In this document: positions 18,227 to 26,667 of the stretch, piece after piece | Layout: each line of letters starts with the position of its first letter | Position numbering within the stretch: position 1 is the first letter of the stretch | IMG/VR virus record: IMGVR_UViG_3300026187_000030 | Span: 1 to 41,541 of that record | Direction: 5' to 3' (one strand) | Length of the DNA: 41,541 nt | Source: a virus | Lineage: Duplodnaviria; Caudoviricetes | Made by a program: the position numbers and the translations under genes | Notes under the pieces: generated by a model | Seen by the model: only the letters and a program-made list of their open reading frames with translations | Database searches by the model: none | Told to the model about the DNA's origin: nothing

Positions 18227-19222
18227 TTAATTAACTCCTATTTTTTTTAAAACTTGAATTTTTGCATTGTTATTTGTAGCAGATTTAATAATAGTTTGTA
18301 AAGTATATAATCTACCATATTTTTGTACTGCTTCTGCTGTGTCTTTGACACCAGATTCCCATTCTGGATAACTAACTTTCCAGTTATTTTCTGTTGCTAT
18401 GTCTACTAAATTACCACCAGATTTATCACGATCAGGACAAACTATAACTTGAGATTTAACACTGTTAATTAAATCAATTTGTGCCTGTGTAAGTTTGTTA
18501 CCCAATGATGATACTCCATTAATTGCTAGTGCATCTAATACACCTTCAACTATCACTGTGTAAACTCTGTCTTCAAACAGTTTATCAACATTATACAAAT
18601 AATTTGGTTGCACAGATGAATAATATTTTGGTACATTTTCAACATCTTTAATAAGTCTTCCTGTGTAACCAACAATTTTACTATTGTAATAAAAAGGAAC
18701 CAAAAGTCTTTGACTAATTTTCATATAAGGATCCGAAGACCAATAAAAATTTTTATGAAAGTCTAAACCTCTATCCATTATATATTTGTAAACAAACACA
18801 GCATCATTTGGTGGATTAGATTGCTTTATAACTTGTTCTATTGGCATAGCATCATTTGGCAATTTGATTTCTTTAAAATCTAGTGTCCATTTTGATAAGC
18901 CACCGGTTTGTGAATCATTACTTTGTTCTTTGATTGCTTGAAATTGTAACTCTTTGATTTTCTGTTCTGGTACACCAATTGCCAACATAAGTTCTCGCAT
19001 TCTTTTGTTTATTAGTCTACCTTTTGTAAAAGATGATTTGAAATTACAGTTGAAACAATGATAACTGATTACTTCACCAACTTTAAATCCACCACGCATT
19101 CTGGTATCATTTCTTACATGACCTTGTGTGGTACACATTGGACAGTTTACTGCTATCCAGCCTGATGGAGTCTTTTTAGACTTAGAACTAATATGCGATA
19201 AAATTACTGTTTGTATATCCAT
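18227..19222 (-). CDS. DNA primase (T4 gp61-like)
   Basis: Zn finger CPMC...HCFNC, PKYY, TOPRIM IVEGVLDAL and PDRDKSG. Confidence 0.9.
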   Translation of the reverse strand: MDIQTVILSHISSKSKKTPSGWIAVNCPMCTTQGHVRNDTRMRGGFKVGEVISYHCFNCNFKSSFTKGRLINKRMRELMLAIGVPEQKIKELQFQAIKEQSNDSQTGGLSKWTLDFKEIKLPNDAMPIEQVIKQSNPPNDAVFVYKYIMDRGLDFHKNFYWSSDPYMKISQRLLVPFYYNSKIVGYTGRLIKDVENVPKYYSSVQPNYLYNVDKLFEDRVYTVIVEGVLDALAINGVSSLGNKLTQAQIDLINSVKSQVIVCPDRDKSGGNLVDIATENNWKVSYPEWESGVKDTAEAVQKYGRLYTLQTIIKSATNNNAKIQVLKKIGVN

Positions 19223-19231
19223 AGTACCTAT

Positions 19232-19260
19232 ATAGTACTACATTTTTACTAAAATGTCAA
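19232..19260 (-). promoter_or_regulatory. sigma70-like promoter TTGACA-17-TACTAT for primase-clpP-thyX
   Basis: -35 at 19260-19255, -10 at 19237-19232. Confidence 0.7.
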
Positions 19261-20235
19261 TTAAACTTTTAAGGTCATTACACCAACACCTTGATCATTT
19301 TGACGAAATCTGTTTGGTGTGTTATGATAATGGTTTTCTAAAATTTCACAACAAACATCATAGAAACTTATTCTATAATTAAGTGCATCATTCCAAAATT
19401 TAACAGCTTTTTCTTTAACCATTGGCATTAGTTGAAAACTGTCTTGTATACTTCTTGTTTGGATAGCCAGTCCTTCTGCCAAAATATTTGATCCAATGTT
19501 TACAAAATATGAAGGAACTACATGTATTTTTTTATCACTTAATTCTTTTATGTAATCTTTTTCTGTGTAATTTGTAGAAAAACATCCTACTGATATTATG
19601 ATAGGTTTATTTGTTCCGTTAAATTCACTTACAAATTGTTCATCAATAACTCTGTCAGTTATTAGTATCGTGTCTTCATCTGTGCTGTGTGTGTATTCTA
19701 AAGAACAATACTTTACTATGTTATCTAATTCATCAACATAACTTTTTTCCCAATGACGAATGTCTAATTTTACTTTTGTTTTTAAAGTACATTCTTTTGT
19801 TGCCATCAATATCCATGTCAAAGAAACAAAATCTCCTTCTATGGCTTCGGCGTCTTCCCAATAATTTTGTGTTCTAGACACTTTGTAAAAATCATTGTTA
19901 GTTATAGATCCATCAGGATATATCATAATGTTTAGTTTCCTGATGTTTGCTGACACAATTTGATTAAGGTGTTTCCATATGACTTTTCCTCTAGTATCAA
20001 AATCATCTGCAACAGTAAATGTTTGAAAATTTTGTGTAAGACCGTAAATTATTTTTTTTGCATTTTCATTGTATGCAATATCTTTGCAATTTTGTAAAAA
20101 TGTACCTTTGTTAATAAAATTTGTTTTAGTATATCTTATAACATTTTTAAGAGAGGAATCAGAATCAATATCTGACAAACATATAGCAACTTTGTCAGCC
20201 TCACTGACATACTCATATGTGATATTATGTTTCAA
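19261..20235 (-). CDS. hypothetical protein, possibly a degenerate Glu/Leu/Phe/Val dehydrogenase-fold protein
   Basis: 324-aa ORF with TTG start. Segments FTVADDFDT and ELSDKKIHVVPSYFVNIG echo LeuDH YITAEDVGT and GIVYAPDYVINAGG. Confidence 0.45.
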   Translation of the reverse strand: MKHNITYEYVSEADKVAICLSDIDSDSSLKNVIRYTKTNFINKGTFLQNCKDIAYNENAKKIIYGLTQNFQTFTVADDFDTRGKVIWKHLNQIVSANIRKLNIMIYPDGSITNNDFYKVSRTQNYWEDAEAIEGDFVSLTWILMATKECTLKTKVKLDIRHWEKSYVDELDNIVKYCSLEYTHSTDEDTILITDRVIDEQFVSEFNGTNKPIIISVGCFSTNYTEKDYIKELSDKKIHVVPSYFVNIGSNILAEGLAIQTRSIQDSFQLMPMVKEKAVKFWNDALNYRISFYDVCCEILENHYHNTPNRFRQNDQGVGVMTLKV

Positions 20236-20237
20236 AA

Positions 20238-21020
20238 TTAGTTCCTTAGTAAAACTTTATCTAAAGTACCTGCTGTTGTATTGTATTTTATTCTTATCCA
20301 TTTCACTGAAGCCTCAAAAAAGAAAGGATCAACTCCAGTGTGACTTGTAAAACTTATACCATTTATACCTTGACCTTTGACATCTAACGGAAACCAATCA
20401 TTGTCATCTGTACTTGCTTGATCATCTAAATTTCCTTCAACAAACACATTGCCAGTGAATCCAGTAGTGTACATTGCAACAGTGTGATTCCTTGCAGTAA
20501 GATTTCTTTCACTGCTTCCGCTAATAGAATTGCTGTAATAAAAATTATTTCTCAATGTAAAACTGTCAACAGTTTGTGTGGGTCTTGGTGATGGTAATCC
20601 ACCTGATCTAACTTCTGCTGTGCCTTGAAAATCACCTGCTCTGTCTGTGTAAGCAATTTTTTGTGTTTGATCTGTTGATGATTGTGTATAAATTGAATAG
20701 TTGTATAAACCTTCAGATATATTATATACATCTTGTGATGTAAGATCTAGTTGTGCTTCACCTTTAGTAGCACTTGTAATGGTCATAATTTTGCTTACTA
20801 CTGTTTCTTTGTTTTCTGTTCCAATCATATTAAAATAAACAGTGGTATTTGAAATATCATAAGGTGTACGGTCATTGTCTCTAAAGACAAAATTTATCTT
20901 GTTATCTACACCGTGATATAGTATTATATTTTTATCGTACATTGGCATATTACTATTTACTCCTGTAGACAGTGTAAGTGTGTGCGTTTGATTAAAAATA
21001 TAAAGGTCATAAGTACTCAT
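20238..21020 (-). CDS. virion structural protein (BppU-like N-terminal baseplate domain)
   Basis: YHGVDNKINFVFRDNDRTPYDI...KGEAQLDL...GLYNYSI pattern. Start at 21020, 5 nt after TAAATA. Confidence 0.7.
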   Translation of the reverse strand: MSTYDLYIFNQTHTLTLSTGVNSNMPMYDKNIILYHGVDNKINFVFRDNDRTPYDISNTTVYFNMIGTENKETVVSKIMTITSATKGEAQLDLTSQDVYNISEGLYNYSIYTQSSTDQTQKIAYTDRAGDFQGTAEVRSGGLPSPRPTQTVDSFTLRNNFYYSNSISGSSERNLTARNHTVAMYTTGFTGNVFVEGNLDDQASTDDNDWFPLDVKGQGINGISFTSHTGVDPFFFEASVKWIRIKYNTTAGTLDKVLLRN

Positions 21021-21040
21021 ATAAGTATTTATTGAAAAAC

Positions 21041-21412
21041 ATGGATTACACAGAACTAAAAACAAAGTTTCCTTTTTTATCGTGTGTTAAACACGTAAAT
21101 GACGAGTTTGTCGGCATACTGCTCAATCAAGATCAGTTTGTCACATCAATCTATGTGTATGATGATATTTCTTCAATAAAATTAAAACAAAAATTCTTGT
21201 CACTTGGCGAAGAATGGTGGTGGGAATCTAACCGAACTATACCAATTAACATATTTTTTAACAGAGATTTTGAAATATTTAAAAAATACATCAAAAGTTT
21301 TACTACAAAAGATGTGGAAATTGTGTTTGGTCCTGCTACAAGCCTAAACAATGTGCAGAAGAAACGTATAATTAGAAGAAATATTTCGCTAGTTAAAAAA
21401 ACAAATAGTTAA
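21041..21412 (+). CDS. hypothetical phage protein; the only plus-strand gene
   Basis: Fills the gap between minus-strand genes exactly; FPFLS and WWWESNRTIPINIF motifs; ATG at 21041. Confidence 0.8.
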   Translation: MDYTELKTKFPFLSCVKHVNDEFVGILLNQDQFVTSIYVYDDISSIKLKQKFLSLGEEWWWESNRTIPINIFFNRDFEIFKKYIKSFTTKDVEIVFGPATSLNNVQKKRIIRRNISLVKKTNS

Positions 21413-21414
21413 AA

Positions 21415-21996
21415 TTACTGTTGTAATTGTTCACAAATTAAATTCATTTGTACCACAATAGCATGAGCATACGCAATAGCATGTGCCTTTTTAAAATAGT
21501 ATGCACCGTCTGTAGGCTTTGTCCATACTTCTTGCATGATTTTATTCCAATCACAATCAAGAAGATATCTTTTTGACGGTCTTATTATTGCTAGAACTGC
21601 CGCTAACTGTTCTATTGTTGTGGGTTTTAATTTTTGTAATATTTGGCTGTGTTCGCCTACATGAAACAAGTTTTCTGCGAATTCTTTGTGACCAAGTAGA
21701 TCCCATAATGGCTCCTTATTTAACAAACTGTCTAAATGCTGTTCATCTTTGATATCTTTGTACAATGAAACATTTAAAATATCAAACTTAACATATCCTC
21801 TTTCTTCAGCATTTTCATAATCTATTGTTGCCAAATCTGTAAGTGGATTTGTAGGAATATCAGTGAAATAAACACCAGTGTTGTGCTTTTTAAACTCATT
21901 ATTATTACAAATACTTGCCACATTGTATTTGAATAAACTTAAAAGTTTATCTCTGTCGCCTGTATCTATATCAATGTCAGTCTGTACTTTTATCAT
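21415..21996 (-). CDS. miniature DNA polymerase III alpha (DnaE/C-family) catalytic-core-like protein
   Basis: TDIDID, KHNTGVY, GYVKFDIL, LAAVLAIIRP, YYFKKAHAIAY appear in DnaE order within ~193 aa. Confidence 0.8.
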   Translation of the reverse strand: MIKVQTDIDIDTGDRDKLLSLFKYNVASICNNNEFKKHNTGVYFTDIPTNPLTDLATIDYENAEERGYVKFDILNVSLYKDIKDEQHLDSLLNKEPLWDLLGHKEFAENLFHVGEHSQILQKLKPTTIEQLAAVLAIIRPSKRYLLDCDWNKIMQEVWTKPTDGAYYFKKAHAIAYAHAIVVQMNLICEQLQQ

Positions 21997-22249
21997 TGTT
22001 TCTTCTATATTCTTCAAATTGATTTTTTAATGCACCCAAATACATTTCAAGTTGTTTAACTCTAGTATCTAAATTATTATAATTGTCTATAACACTTTGT
22101 ATATTTTCTAAATTTTTTGCAAACAGTTCTTTTTCAGTTAATTGTGCCAAAACTTTCAACTGTAACCATTGTTTCTTTAAAGACTTGTTTTCAGTTTCAG
22201 ACAATGCTAAACCCATAACTACATCTTCTAAAAAATCATCAGTTTTCAT
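21977..22249 (-). CDS. hypothetical coiled-coil protein
   Basis: 90 aa, ATGA-coupled to the upstream gene. Confidence 0.7.
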   Translation of the reverse strand: MKTDDFLEDVVMGLALSETENKSLKKQWLQLKVLAQLTEKELFAKNLENIQSVIDNYNNLDTRVKQLEMYLGALKNQFEEYRRNNDKSTD

Positions 22250-22923
22250 ATGTTTGCCTTTTTTACAATTTCATGTACAAAACTTACGTCATCTTGACTT
22301 TTCTTAAATCTACTTGCCCAAGCCGCCGGATCAATATAATCTTCAATCATTAATGTTTCTTGTTGATTTAATGACTGTAAAAAACTTATTCCAGTTTTAC
22401 TGTTGTACAACAACCATGGTGATATTTGTCCAGACCTGATCATGTGAATACATCTTGATTTAGAAACTTTTTCAAAGAAAACATTCCACGGCATACTGTT
22501 AGACTCTCCCCAACCTTTCATTGATAGCACAGTTCTTTCAACTGCTCGTTCCACAGATTCTCTCACAGCAAACTCTTTAATATATTGCTCATACACAACA
22601 TCACTTGGCCACCTATCTACTTTAACTCTATTTTTAAGTAACCATTCAATGTAATCTTCTACAGATGCCACATACACATCAACTAGATAATTAGCAAACT
22701 TTACAAATGCTGTGTAATATTTGCTAGCCATAAAATCATCGTATGTTCTTTCAGTTTTCATAGCAGTTGATGTGATCCTCCAAAAATGCTGATAACAACG
22801 AAATGCCAATTGTACGTTTCTGTCTTTACGATTGTTCCAACGTCTTTTTGGTTCACAAAGATGAGTAATTAGTGTTTTTTCAGAACTAAATGACTTTTTA
22901 CAAAACTTACATTCAAATGACAT
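22246..22923 (-). CDS. protein with an N-terminal C2H2/C2HC-type zinc finger
   Basis: FECKFCKKSFSSEKTLITHLC matches F-x-C-x2-C-x3-F-x5-L-x2-H-x-C. Confidence 0.75.
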   Translation of the reverse strand: MSFECKFCKKSFSSEKTLITHLCEPKRRWNNRKDRNVQLAFRCYQHFWRITSTAMKTERTYDDFMASKYYTAFVKFANYLVDVYVASVEDYIEWLLKNRVKVDRWPSDVVYEQYIKEFAVRESVERAVERTVLSMKGWGESNSMPWNVFFEKVSKSRCIHMIRSGQISPWLLYNSKTGISFLQSLNQQETLMIEDYIDPAAWASRFKKSQDDVSFVHEIVKKANI

Positions 22924-22925
22924 AC

Positions 22926-23393
22926 TTACACCAATTGTTTAATTTCATTGTCTGTTAGCCCAGCATCTTTGGCTAATTTTTTAATTTCCTTTTTTGATAA
23001 TAATTTTTTTAACATTTCTTTTTCATCAGATTTATAATTAGGATACACTGTATCTAAAAATTCCATCATTTTAGTTTTTTTGCCTTTGCCTTTAGGTGCT
23101 TTGATCCATGGGTGAAACATTTTTTTTCCAACACCGCACAGTGCCAACAGTTTCCAAAACAGTTTGCTGTCATTTTCATGTTTTTGAATCAACGAAAAGT
23201 CTTTATTACAAAACTCATTTACATTTTGTATATACTCTTCTTGCAAACTGCTGATGCCTTTAACACTAGATGCAAAACGCATAGCCACATATGGTGAAAA
23301 AGACTTCTTTTCTTCGTCTGATAACTTGTCATACCATTCCATATTACCTATATCAATATTGTATAACATTGTATTGAGATTGACTTTTGACAT
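22926..23393 (-). CDS. probable clamp loader small subunit (T4 gp62-like)
   Basis: FSPYVAMRFAS...VNEFCN...KMFHPWIK pattern, size and replication-module context. Confidence 0.5.
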   Translation of the reverse strand: MSKVNLNTMLYNIDIGNMEWYDKLSDEEKKSFSPYVAMRFASSVKGISSLQEEYIQNVNEFCNKDFSLIQKHENDSKLFWKLLALCGVGKKMFHPWIKAPKGKGKKTKMMEFLDTVYPNYKSDEKEMLKKLLSKKEIKKLAKDAGLTDNEIKQLV

Positions 23394-23893
23394 TATAAAA
23401 AATCTCCCACTTGTATTTCATCAGGTATTTGATTAATATCTTTTGCAAAATAAACACAAGCAGGTGTTTTTCCTTCATCAAGTGGAACTGCTAATATGTG
23501 TCCATGTTTAAGTTTTGGTAAGTACCATTTGACATCTTGAAAAACATTAATGATTTTAATTTCTTCTGATTGTATCATGTAATCTGTTAACGGATTTGAT
23601 ACCAATGCATGAAAGCCTCTATCATTTAAACTAGTCAACGGAACCATTTCACAAATACCTAATTCTCTTTCTATAATCATAATGCTCCAATCAATTGGCA
23701 TCTGTACTGTTTTCTTTCCAATTTCTAATATCATGCTTGGCGCACTAAATGATTCCAAAAAGATTAATGGAATAAAAAAGAAATCAATATTGTTTTTGTT
23801 TGTGGTATCAAGTACACAATATTGCAAATCATCTACAAGTTCTGGTACTTTGTTCAAGTTATAACTTTTATTTTCTGTTGTTAAAATTTTCAT
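23393..23893 (-). CDS. hypothetical all-beta protein, possibly a degenerate Hint fold
   Basis: 166 aa, coupled to uvsW; see findings. Confidence 0.65.
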   Translation of the reverse strand: MKILTTENKSYNLNKVPELVDDLQYCVLDTTNKNNIDFFFIPLIFLESFSAPSMILEIGKKTVQMPIDWSIMIIERELGICEMVPLTSLNDRGFHALVSNPLTDYMIQSEEIKIINVFQDVKWYLPKLKHGHILAVPLDEGKTPACVYFAKDINQIPDEIQVGDFL

Positions 23894-25341
23894 ATATTCA
23901 CCTTATTAATAGTATACGGATAATTTGCCTCTTTGTAAAACTTTTTTCTTGCCGTCAAGTGTCTTTTTGAAAATTTACAATTTGAAGTTATATCCCATAT
24001 TTGTACATGATCCTTGTCTTTGGCTTTTCTAATACCTCTTCCAATACTTTGTATTACTCTAACAAAACTTTTTCCGGGTTCTAGTAAAACCAAATTAAAT
24101 ATTCTTGGTATATTGATACCCACTGCCGCAATTCCGTAAGTTGCAATTAAAACTTTGTGTTGCTCAGTAGCAATTTCGCTATACTCTTCTTCTCTGTCTT
24201 CTGTTTTTGTTTTTCCTTGGACAAAGACCGATCCAGGAATTAATTCTTGTAGTAATTCTCCTGATTTGATTCTGTCAATCAAAATCAAAGTGTTTCCACC
24301 ATCACGTATTTCTTCAATCAAGTTACTTAAAAATTTTAATCTTTCTAAATTTGTTGTCAAATATGCAAGTTCTTCCTGATAAGTTCTAAACGAATTAGCA
24401 TCTTGTGTTTGTATAACATTCACATGACAGTTTGCAAGTACACCTTTGCTTTGTAATTCACTTGCTGATAATTGGCTTATAACTGTACCTAGTGAACAAA
24501 TCAAACTCATTTTTTCATAATCTTCTTTTGGCACCGTGCCTGTTAATCCCCATCTAATTGGAATGTGTGCAAAAGGTCCAGTTAATAAAGATTTTAATAC
24601 ATCAGCCTTTGCCATGTGTACTTCGTCAACTATAATACAATTAACATCTTTTATGAATTCTTCAATAGGAAATTCTGCTTCATCTTTTTTTGTATTTTTA
24701 TTTAAAATATTTAAACTTTGCCATGTGCAAATTGTGTGTTTGTGTCCTAGTTCTTTTCTTTCACCAAAATAAACACCAACATCTAATCCTACATTTTTAT
24801 AATCTTCTTCTGTTTGTGTAACAAGTGATTTGTTTGGTACTACTACAATTGATCTACCATAATTTTCACAAATTTTTGAAAGTGCCGCAGTGATAATTGT
24901 TTTACCAGCACCAGTGGCTATTTCTTGTAAACTTTGTGGATTACTGATAAAATCATTAATAACTTTAACTTGATAATCTCTTAATACAATTGGCTGTCCT
25001 TCATGTGTATGACCTTTAGGCCAATTGATGTGTGAAAAAAAACTGTCAGTAACTTCTTCAAATGAAAAATCAAAACTTTGTCTATGATCTTGTATCTGTA
25101 TTTCATATCCATTGTTTTCAATAATTGGCAAAATTTGATCTAGCAAATTCAAATATGTTCTTCCACCAATGTCACAAAAACGTATGTTACCATCCCATCT
25201 GCCCAACTTGTAAGCAGGCAAGTGAAATGCATATGGCACAAAAAATTTAAGTTTGTCAGAAATTTTACGTCTTGTTGAAACGTCAAGACCTTCAAACTTT
25301 ACATTAACTTCATCTTTGATTATTAATGTTGCTTTAGCCAT
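23890..25341 (-). CDS. uvsW: SF2 DNA/RNA helicase UvsW
   Basis: LRDYQ, IATGAGKT, VDEVH, GLTGT, VGINIP, QSIGRGIR. Confidence 0.92.
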   Translation of the reverse strand: MAKATLIIKDEVNVKFEGLDVSTRRKISDKLKFFVPYAFHLPAYKLGRWDGNIRFCDIGGRTYLNLLDQILPIIENNGYEIQIQDHRQSFDFSFEEVTDSFFSHINWPKGHTHEGQPIVLRDYQVKVINDFISNPQSLQEIATGAGKTIITAALSKICENYGRSIVVVPNKSLVTQTEEDYKNVGLDVGVYFGERKELGHKHTICTWQSLNILNKNTKKDEAEFPIEEFIKDVNCIIVDEVHMAKADVLKSLLTGPFAHIPIRWGLTGTVPKEDYEKMSLICSLGTVISQLSASELQSKGVLANCHVNVIQTQDANSFRTYQEELAYLTTNLERLKFLSNLIEEIRDGGNTLILIDRIKSGELLQELIPGSVFVQGKTKTEDREEEYSEIATEQHKVLIATYGIAAVGINIPRIFNLVLLEPGKSFVRVIQSIGRGIRKAKDKDHVQIWDITSNCKFSKRHLTARKKFYKEANYPYTINKVNI

Positions 25342-25949
25342 GGATTCTCTTCTCTTAACTGCTTTATAGAATTTTGTAATCTAATTGTATACTCTTTACC
25401 TAATTCGCTGTATAAACTTAAAAATTGCACTAAAAATAACGAATCTACAGTGTTGTTAGCAACCATTTGATCTCTAACTTTACGAAATCCGTCATATGCA
25501 TTATGATGATTAATTAAATGATAATAGTAATCAACAGATCCGCATTTGTCTTTGAACTTGATAATTCCCCATGGTGTATTTTTTACACCTTTTGGTTTTA
25601 TTTGAGGCATGTTTTCGTTCCATGTTCTTATTCCAAATAGATTATTTGCTTCTTTAGAAAACCTTGAATTACCCCAAGCAGACTCATGAATTGCCTGTGC
25701 TATCACAATCTCAATTGGTATATGATGTTTTTCCTCTTTTGCTAAAACATTTTTATCTACACAATACACTATAAAATCAATAAATTCTTTTTTGTTTTTA
25801 ACTTCTCCAAACTGTATTTTTGGAATTCTTTCTATCTGATGTATTTCATGTTCTTTTACTATTTTTGCTGGTGCTTCATTTTTATTGATACTTCCAGTAA
25901 ACAATAAAATTACAAAAACAACTAAAACTAGTAACAAAAACTTTTTCAT
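25323..25949 (-). CDS. membrane-anchored GH73 glucosaminidase (Bax/FlgJ-like peptidoglycan hydrolase)
   Basis: N-terminal hydrophobic anchor; AQAIHESAWGNSRF and NNLFGI; LYSE...EY. Confidence 0.88.
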   Translation of the reverse strand: MKKFLLLVLVVFVILLFTGSINKNEAPAKIVKEHEIHQIERIPKIQFGEVKNKKEFIDFIVYCVDKNVLAKEEKHHIPIEIVIAQAIHESAWGNSRFSKEANNLFGIRTWNENMPQIKPKGVKNTPWGIIKFKDKCGSVDYYYHLINHHNAYDGFRKVRDQMVANNTVDSLFLVQFLSLYSELGKEYTIRLQNSIKQLREENPWLKQH

Positions 25950-25951
25950 CT

Positions 25952-26422
25952 CTATCCTTTTGCAAACAATTCAGCATCATCAAGTCCAGCAACTCTCAGT
26001 TTTACAATATTATTAATCTGAAATTGTTTACTGTCAATGGCTTTCATTAAACCCAAGTATTTGTTTCTTAACAAAGCAAACTCATTAACAAGTTGACTCA
26101 TGCTCACTACTTCATCTTCACCATCTATATACTTTTCTACATCTCTACTAGTTAATGCTCTTTGATAGTTTTCAAGATATTTTTTGTAATGAATACTTCT
26201 AATTTTTCGCAATTGTATGTTTAAAAACTCTAATATTGATTCAATTTCTTGTAACTGATTAAAACGGTGCTCTACAATTCCTGGTATTTTTGATGAATTC
26301 AATTCAATGTTACCTTTCATGCCACACTCAATACGAGCTTCTTCTAATTGATTTTCAAAATAATCAATACAATCAGGCAACTTTGAAAAATCAGCAGAAA
26401 CTGTGTTATACCATTTTACCAT
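25952..26422 (-). CDS. uvsY: recombination mediator UvsY-like
   Basis: Helical; LTSRDVEKYIDGE...KQFQINNIVKLR pattern; sits between uvsX and uvsW. Start at MVKWY (TAATG overlap). Confidence 0.75.
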   Translation of the reverse strand: MVKWYNTVSADFSKLPDCIDYFENQLEEARIECGMKGNIELNSSKIPGIVEHRFNQLQEIESILEFLNIQLRKIRSIHYKKYLENYQRALTSRDVEKYIDGEDEVVSMSQLVNEFALLRNKYLGLMKAIDSKQFQINNIVKLRVAGLDDAELFAKG

Positions 26423-26667
26423 TACCAGTCCTCGTCTTCTTTCCAATCGTCATCAATTGATTCTTCTTCTTGATAATACTCGTTTAGAGCTTTTTCTAAA
26501 TGTTCATCAGCCTGTTTGATTTCAACAATACTTTGTTCATCAATACTGTAATCATCAAGTAAAGTAACAAAAGACATAGCGGCATCTTCTCTGTCTTTAG
26601 CTGGAATAAAAGGTAATAATTTTTCCCAAGACTCCATTAACATTGCAATATCTTGATTGGTTATCAT
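26422..26667 (-). CDS. small acidic hypothetical protein
   Basis: 81 aa, TAATG-coupled on both sides. Confidence 0.75.
   Translation of the reverse strand: MITNQDIAMLMESWEKLLPFIPAKDREDAAMSFVTLLDDYSIDEQSIVEIKQADEHLEKALNEYYQEEESIDDDWKEDEDW

Noticed and set aside
21415-22249. Frameshifted full-length dnaE spanning neighbouring ORFs
   Set aside because: Adjacent ORFs show no PHP or other DnaE motifs, and the missing regions are internal to the ORF.
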